A DNA stretch of 64,000 nucleotides from Parcubacteria group bacterium (GTDB taxonomy: Bacteria; Patescibacteriota; Minisyncoccia; Moranbacterales; UBA2206), in contig JBAZPT010000002.1 in assembly GCA_041645535.1 (NCBI GenBank), positions 170,853 through 234,852 on the forward strand. Reading direction: 5' to 3'. Made by a program: the position numbers and the translations under genes. Under the pieces are notes generated by a model. That model had not been told where the DNA came from. It saw only the letters and a list, made by a program, of their open reading frames with translations, and did no database searches. Positions within the stretch are counted from its first letter, which is position 1. Every line of letters starts with the position of its first letter. Positions 60,244 to 64,000 of the stretch are shown here, piece after piece.

Positions 60244-60741
60244 ATGAGTAAATTATTTTCCAGTTTTTTATTAGCGATTGTAACCCTTAGCTTTTTTTCT
60301 GTTCTACTTTTGCCTTCTTTGGCCGACGCCCAAGTTTCCACTCCGGAGCCGGGCTGGAAAGGCATAGTCCCTTGCGGACGAAACACAGGCACAGCCGAAG
60401 AAATGGCGCCCTGCACCCTTTGCCATTTGGTCGTTGGCTTTCAAAGACTGGTGCAATATGGGATGTATATGGTGGTTTCGTTGGCGCTGGTCGGCATCTT
60501 CTTTGCCGGCGTGATGTATATGGTTTCTACGGGCGACGAAAATATGATGACCCAGGCTAAGGGATTTTTAAAAGTCAGCCTCATCGGCTTCGCGGTGGTC
60601 ATCGGCGGCTGGCTGATTGTCAATGTCACGATGTGGGTTTTAGGCGCGAAAACAGATCTTGGAGTTAATGCTGTAGCTTGGAATAAATTTACTTGCGACA
60701 CAAAAAGCAGCCAGGGAACGGGCGGAACTACTGCCCCTTGA
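60244..60741 (+). CDS. TrbC/VirB2-like pilin-type membrane protein
   Basis: Signal peptide, Cys pair (CTLC) and two TM helices with a short loop, as in conjugative or type IV secretion pilins common in CPR genomes. Confidence 0.4.
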   Translation: MSKLFSSFLLAIVTLSFFSVLLLPSLADAQVSTPEPGWKGIVPCGRNTGTAEEMAPCTLCHLVVGFQRLVQYGMYMVVSLALVGIFFAGVMYMVSTGDENMMTQAKGFLKVSLIGFAVVIGGWLIVNVTMWVLGAKTDLGVNAVAWNKFTCDTKSSQGTGGTTAP

Positions 60742-60766
60742 CTTTTTCTTTTAGATGGTGTATAAT
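60738..60766 (+). promoter_or_regulatory. consensus promoter reading into hairpin element D3
   Basis: TTGACT (60738-60743), 17 nt, TATAAT (60761-60766). Confidence 0.55.
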
Positions 60767-60781
60767 GGACATATGGAGTAA

Positions 60782-60892
60782 AAAAGCGGGTGAGCCCCCA
60801 CACCAATCTTAGCTTACGGTCTGGATGACCGTTTTATGTTTTATTAAAGCTAAAATTGGTGTGGGGGTGAAAAGCCCGTTTTTGCGTTTTTT
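60782..60892 (+). ncRNA. candidate small RNA: extended hairpin built on IR element D3
   Basis: Outer stem AAAAGCGGG/CCCGTTTT (60782-60790 / 60875-83), inner 13-bp stem CCCCCACACCAAT/ATTGGTGTGGGGG (60795-60807 / 60855-60867), then U-tracts. Preceded by a consensus promoter. Confidence 0.35.
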
Positions 60893-60936
60893 AAAGCGAT
60901 AATCAATTAAAAAACCCTTAGAAAGGGGGAAAAACA

Positions 60937-60976
60937 CCCCAGTTAAATAATTCCGCTACGCGGAAATTTAACGGGG
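60937..60976. repeat. hairpin B4 (CCCCaGTTAAAT..TTCCG / CGGAAATTTAACGGGG)
   Basis: About 16 bp with two bulges. It ends 10 nt before ATG 60987. Confidence 0.7.
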
Positions 60977-60986
60977 TAAAAAAAAT

Positions 60987-61181
60987 ATGGACGAAACACA
61001 AACACCAACACCGACGCAGGAGCCGACACAAACACCGGAACCTTGCGTTGGACCGGATTGCCCGGAATGTGTCAAGAGAGATGAGGAAACAAAAGCAGCG
61101 GACGAAATAGGGATGGCCATCTTGGTCGCTCTGATGCCGCTCTTGTCTATCACTCTTTTTGGAAATATGGGGCTGATATAA
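60987..61181 (+). CDS. small Thr/Pro-rich protein with C-terminal TM helix
   Basis: 64-aa ORF. GGGGTAAAAAAAAT precedes the ATG. Confidence 0.35.
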   Translation: MDETQTPTPTQEPTQTPEPCVGPDCPECVKRDEETKAADEIGMAILVALMPLLSITLFGNMGLI

Positions 61182-61287
61182 AATTGAATAGTTTTTCAAA
61201 AATAAAAATCCCGAGCAATCGGGGTTTTGTTTTTTTTCTAAAGCTCGGCTTTAAAAATTTAAAAAAGCCGAGCTTTGATCCAGTAAG

Positions 61288-61845
61288 TTATGCCCGGCTT
61301 ACATACTCGCCTTTTTCCGTGTTGACTATAATTTCATCGCCGGCGTTTACAAAAAGAGGAGTGGAAATTTTAAGTCCGGTTTCGAGCGTCACAACTTTTC
61401 CGCCAGTGGAAACAGTGTTGCCTTTGATGCCGGGCGGAGCGTCAGTCACTCTAAGCTTCATTTTGATCGGAAGCTCGATGTTGATCGGATCGCTGTTAAA
61501 ATATAAAACGGTAATTTCTGTCCCTTCAATCAGATAATTCACGGCATCTCCCAGAGCAACATTTGAAAGTGAAAATTGCTCATAAGACTCGTTGTCCATA
61601 AAAGCATATCGTTCTCCTTCTTTATACAAAAACTGAGCCTTGCTTTTAGCTATGTCTGCTTCGGAAATATGATCGGCGCCTTGGAAGGTTTTTTCCAGCA
61701 CCGCTCCGGTGGCCAGGTTTTTGAGCCGCGTGCGCAACACTGCGCCGGCCCGGCCAGTCTTGGAGTGTTCATGATAAAGAACGGCGTAAGGCGCGCCGTC
61801 CAGAACAATGTTTTTTCCGGTTTTAATGTCGCTGATGTTGAGCAT
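61288..61845 (-). CDS. efp: elongation factor P
   Basis: 185 aa, ...YHEHSKTGRAGAVLRTRLKNL..., KOW and OB domains. The start abuts the rpsR stop. Confidence 0.9.
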   Translation of the reverse strand: MLNISDIKTGKNIVLDGAPYAVLYHEHSKTGRAGAVLRTRLKNLATGAVLEKTFQGADHISEADIAKSKAQFLYKEGERYAFMDNESYEQFSLSNVALGDAVNYLIEGTEITVLYFNSDPINIELPIKMKLRVTDAPPGIKGNTVSTGGKVVTLETGLKISTPLFVNAGDEIIVNTEKGEYVSRA

Positions 61846-62085
61846 CTATTTGACTACGAAAGGAACCAAAGCCATAACCCGCGCCTTTTTGATGGCGTTG
61901 GTCAGCGTCCTTTGGTGCCGGGCGCAGGTGCCGTGCCTTTTGGGCGGATAAATTTTGCCCTGCGAATTCATAAAGCGGCGGATAAGATAGGCATCTTTGA
62001 AATCAATTTTGTCCATCTTGTTGTCGCAGAAAAAGCAGGACTTCTTTTCAATTTTTTGGCTGTCGTTGGGGTTATTGTAGCTCAT
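61846..62085 (-). CDS. rpsR: 30S ribosomal protein S18
   Basis: 79 aa, CFFC...IDFKD..LIRRFM...GKI.PPKRHGTCARHQR. Confidence 0.9.
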   Translation of the reverse strand: MSYNNPNDSQKIEKKSCFFCDNKMDKIDFKDAYLIRRFMNSQGKIYPPKRHGTCARHQRTLTNAIKKARVMALVPFVVK

Positions 62086-62098
62086 TATATAGTTATTA

Positions 62099-62166
62099 AT
62101 TTACGAACTTACAAATCTAGCGAAAGTACGAATTAGTAATTTAGTTTAATTCGTATGTTCGTAAAT
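62099..62166. repeat. nested palindromes in the ssb-rpsR spacer (ATTTACGAAC...GTTCGTAAAT enclosing ACGAATTA...TAATTCGT)
   Basis: 10-bp outer arms (62099-62108 / 62157-62166) and 8-bp inner arms (62128-62135 / 62147-62154). The TACGAA/TTCGTA motif occurs 4 times. Confidence 0.8.
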
Positions 62167-62196
62167 ATAAATTTAGTTTAAAAACAAGAATCTTTT

Positions 62197-62670
62197 TTAA
62201 AAGGGGACATCTTCGATTTTAACCTCGTCCTGCTCTTCATCCAGATTGATAGTCGGGATTTCTTCGGCGGGAGCTTCCTGCTGTTGTTGCGGGGCTGGCT
62301 GGGGAGCTCGCGGAGCCTGCGGGGAGTATGATCCTCCGCCTTGCGGACGAGAGCCAAGTTGCATATTTTCCGCGACTACCTCCGTAGTTCGGCGCTCAAG
62401 CCCGTCTTTGCCGGTATATTTTCTGGTTTGCATGCGGCCTTCGATATACGCTTCCTGTCCTTTGGTGAGATATTGGCCGGTAATTTCCGCGAGCCGTCCC
62501 CATAAAACAACATTATGATATTCAGTCTGATCCTGTCTTTGGCCGCTTTTATCTTTCCAAAAACGGTTGGTGGCAAGGCTGATTGAGGCGACGGATTGGC
62601 CGCTGGAAGTGGTCCGGACTTCCGGATCCCGAGTGAGCCGCCCGACTAAGAAGACTTTGTTCACATTCAT
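62197..62670 (-). CDS. ssb: single-stranded DNA-binding protein
   Basis: 157 aa with an OB fold (VFLVGRLTRDPE), Gly/Pro/Gln-rich linker and acidic tail ending DVPF. Confidence 0.9.
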   Translation of the reverse strand: MNVNKVFLVGRLTRDPEVRTTSSGQSVASISLATNRFWKDKSGQRQDQTEYHNVVLWGRLAEITGQYLTKGQEAYIEGRMQTRKYTGKDGLERRTTEVVAENMQLGSRPQGGGSYSPQAPRAPQPAPQQQQEAPAEEIPTINLDEEQDEVKIEDVPF

Positions 62671-62678
62671 AATTTTAT

Positions 62679-62755
62679 CAGTAACTGGTAACTAGTAACT
62701 TGTAACTAGTAATAAAAAAATTTACTGGTTACCGATTACTGGTTACTGATTACTA
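62679..62755. repeat. inverted arrays of heptanucleotide repeats (5x GTAACTN, A7, 5x TTACNNN)
   Basis: GTAAC at 62681, 62688, 62695 and 62702 (period 7). A mirrored array lies at 62721-62755 in the rpsF-ssb spacer. Confidence 0.8.
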
Positions 62756-62757
62756 AA

Positions 62758-63267
62758 TTATATATTTAAAATTTCTTCTAATTTTTTATCAATATCATCT
62801 TGGGAAACTTCAGTTTTCGGGGTTTCTTTTTCTGTATTAGCAGTTTCTGTCGGAGCGGCTTTTTCCTCCTTAACTTTAGCTTGAGCTTTTACCGCCGGAA
62901 CTTCGATTTCTTTCTTCTTTGGAATAAATTTGATTTTAGCCGCTTCTTTTTCTTTCCGTTCTTCGCGCGTAGTCAGCTCTGGCAGATCTTCGGTGCGGCT
63001 GATAATGAAGCGCAAAATTCCCGGATAAAGTCCGAGTTTTTTATTAATCGCGCCGAGCTTCTCAGTTTCTTCCAGATTAAACCGGTGGGCGACATAAAAA
63101 CCGTGCGATTCTCGGTTGACTTTATAAGCCAGCTTTCTTTTTTCGGTAACTTCTTTCTCTTCAAGAATTCCTTCCTCGGCAGTAACGATTTTTTGAATTT
63201 CTGCTTTGATTTTAGGCAATTCCGCTTCTTTTGAGATGCCAACCAGATAGAATAATTCGTATAGCAT
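62758..63267 (-). CDS. rpsF: 30S ribosomal protein S6 with Lys/Glu-rich C-terminal extension
   Basis: MLYELFYLV...KLAYKVNRESHGFYV..., extended to 169 aa. Confidence 0.85.
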   Translation of the reverse strand: MLYELFYLVGISKEAELPKIKAEIQKIVTAEEGILEEKEVTEKRKLAYKVNRESHGFYVAHRFNLEETEKLGAINKKLGLYPGILRFIISRTEDLPELTTREERKEKEAAKIKFIPKKKEIEVPAVKAQAKVKEEKAAPTETANTEKETPKTEVSQDDIDKKLEEILNI

Positions 63268-63308
63268 TAGTTTTTTTGATTAATTAATAAAAAAATTCCT
63301 CAAGAAAG

Positions 63309-63378
63309 CCCCGCCTGCATCGCTATGCTCGCCCGAAGTCGCTACATCGTTGCGAGCGGGCGAAGCATTGCGGGCAGG
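63309..63378 (-). repeat. 70-bp GC-rich element in the rpsF leader, identical (rc) to the polA insert 3769-3838
   Basis: 70/70 match worked out by hand. It folds as an extended imperfect hairpin. Confidence 0.9.
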
Positions 63379-63406
63379 CTTTCCTTGCGGATTATTATCC
63401 TCTTAT

Positions 63407-63424
63407 CCCCGATGGACATCGGGG
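63407..63424. repeat. GC-clamped hairpin CCCCGATG-ga-CATCGGGG in the rpsF leader
   Basis: Read directly. Confidence 0.7.
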
Positions 63425-63459
63425 CGAGAAGATTCTTGGGCTTTCTAAGTTGTAAATCT

Positions 63460-63488
63460 AGTTTAGCAGGTCAAAGATTAATAGTCAA
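63460..63488 (-). promoter_or_regulatory. promoter of the rpsF-ssb-rpsR-efp operon
   Basis: Minus strand: TTGACT (63488-63483), 17 nt, TAAACT (63465-63460). This implies a leader of about 185 nt. Confidence 0.5.
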
Positions 63489-63491
63489 GAG

Positions 63492-64000
63492 CTATATTTT
63501 AAACTCAATGACATCCCCATCCTGCACAATATAATCCTTGCCTTCGGTGCGGAGCGTGCCCAGTTCGCGGGCTTTGCCCCAAGATCCGGCTTCAAGAAGT
63601 TTTTCCCATTGGATGACTTCGGCGCGGATGAATTTGTCCTTGAAATCATTGTGAATAGCGGTGCCGGCCAGAGGCGCGGTCCAGCCTTTTTGGATGGTCC
63701 AGGCGCGGGTTTCGTCTTCGCCGGTAGTGAGAAAGGTAATGAGACCCAGTAATTTATAAGCTTCAATGATAAGCTGGTCGATGTTTGATCTGATTCCTAG
63801 TTCCTCGGCTTCGGCTTTACTCATTTCGAGCAATTCCTCTTCAATTTTTATATCGAGAACAACAAAGCTGTTTTTTTCTGTTAATTTTTCCGGAATTTTG
63901 TAGGCCACCCCGTTAAATAGCTTCGCTCCGGCTTCGTCGGATTTAACGGGGCAAGCATTATATACAAACAAAAATGGTTTCATGGTCAGAAGCGAAAGTT
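63492..64000 (-). CDS. ychF: ribosome-binding ATPase YchF, C-terminal part (gene continues past window end)
   Basis: LLTMKPFLFVYNA, TFLTTGEDETRAWTI, TGS-like C-terminus (IHNDFKDKFIRAEV). The frame is open upstream of the track's ATG 63983. Confidence 0.85.
   Translation of the reverse strand, partial: LSLLTMKPFLFVYNACPVKSDEAGAKLFNGVAYKIPEKLTEKNSFVVLDIKIEEELLEMSKAEAEELGIRSNIDQLIIEAYKLLGLITFLTTGEDETRAWTIQKGWTAPLAGTAIHNDFKDKFIRAEVIQWEKLLEAGSWGKARELGTLRTEGKDYIVQDGDVIEFKI
63909..63952. repeat. hairpin element inside ychF (CCCCGTTAAAT / ATTTAACGGGG, 22-nt GC-rich loop)
   Basis: 11-bp perfect arms. It encodes the extra segment CPVKSDEAGAKLFNGV right after the conserved KP...NA motif. Confidence 0.85.

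Overview
AT-rich, gene-dense bacterial fragment with about 70 CDS and 2 tRNA genes. No rRNA, CRISPR array, integrase or transposase was seen.

The gene content suggests a Candidate Phyla Radiation / Patescibacteria-type genome (inference). Supporting features:
- a minimal housekeeping set
- FemAB plus MurE
- a TrbC/VirB2-like pilin
- three TrmB paralogs
- lysine-rich tails on RpoD and S6
- an intron-containing tRNA

Recognisable genes: polA, mutM, holA, rpsT, ruvA, an S8 protease, femAB-like, murE, lemA-htpX, two COG1373-type AAA ATPases, pyk-ppsA, dnaG-rpoD, an FKBP isomerase, csp, an ECF sigma/anti-sigma pair followed by a MacAB-like efflux operon, typA, pyrF plus a PRTase, rarA, lgt, ftsK, a rodZ-like gene, recA, the rpsF-ssb-rpsR-efp operon and ychF.

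The unusual content is mostly non-coding or mobile:
1. An exact tandem pair of 378-bp cassettes (first 35 nt of tRNA-Ser, a GC-rich double hairpin, an 84-aa GIY-YIG ORF) abuts an intact tRNA-Ser(GGA). The breakpoint lies inside the anticodon.
2. A tRNA-Asn(GUU) is split by a 209-nt group I intron. A decayed copy of its 3' end plus terminator and promoter lies 600 bp downstream.
3. At least 14 inverted-repeat hairpin elements have C-rich 5' arms and G-rich 3' arms. The 3' arms end in GGGGT(G/A)A at or next to start codons. Two copies bracket dnaG-rpoD and one encloses a third GIY-YIG gene.
4. GC-rich palindromic elements are inserted in frame in polA (twice), femAB, lgt, ychF and a small DUF4258-like gene, as with Rickettsia RPEs. 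One 70-bp copy is identical to a copy in the rpsF leader.
5. A five-gene small-protein cassette has the hairpin GCGGAATAATCCGC before four of its start sites.
6. There are many apparently leaderless genes and several 7-nt periodic micro-repeats.

All coordinates were counted by hand and may be off by 1-2 nt. No database searches or folding programs were run.
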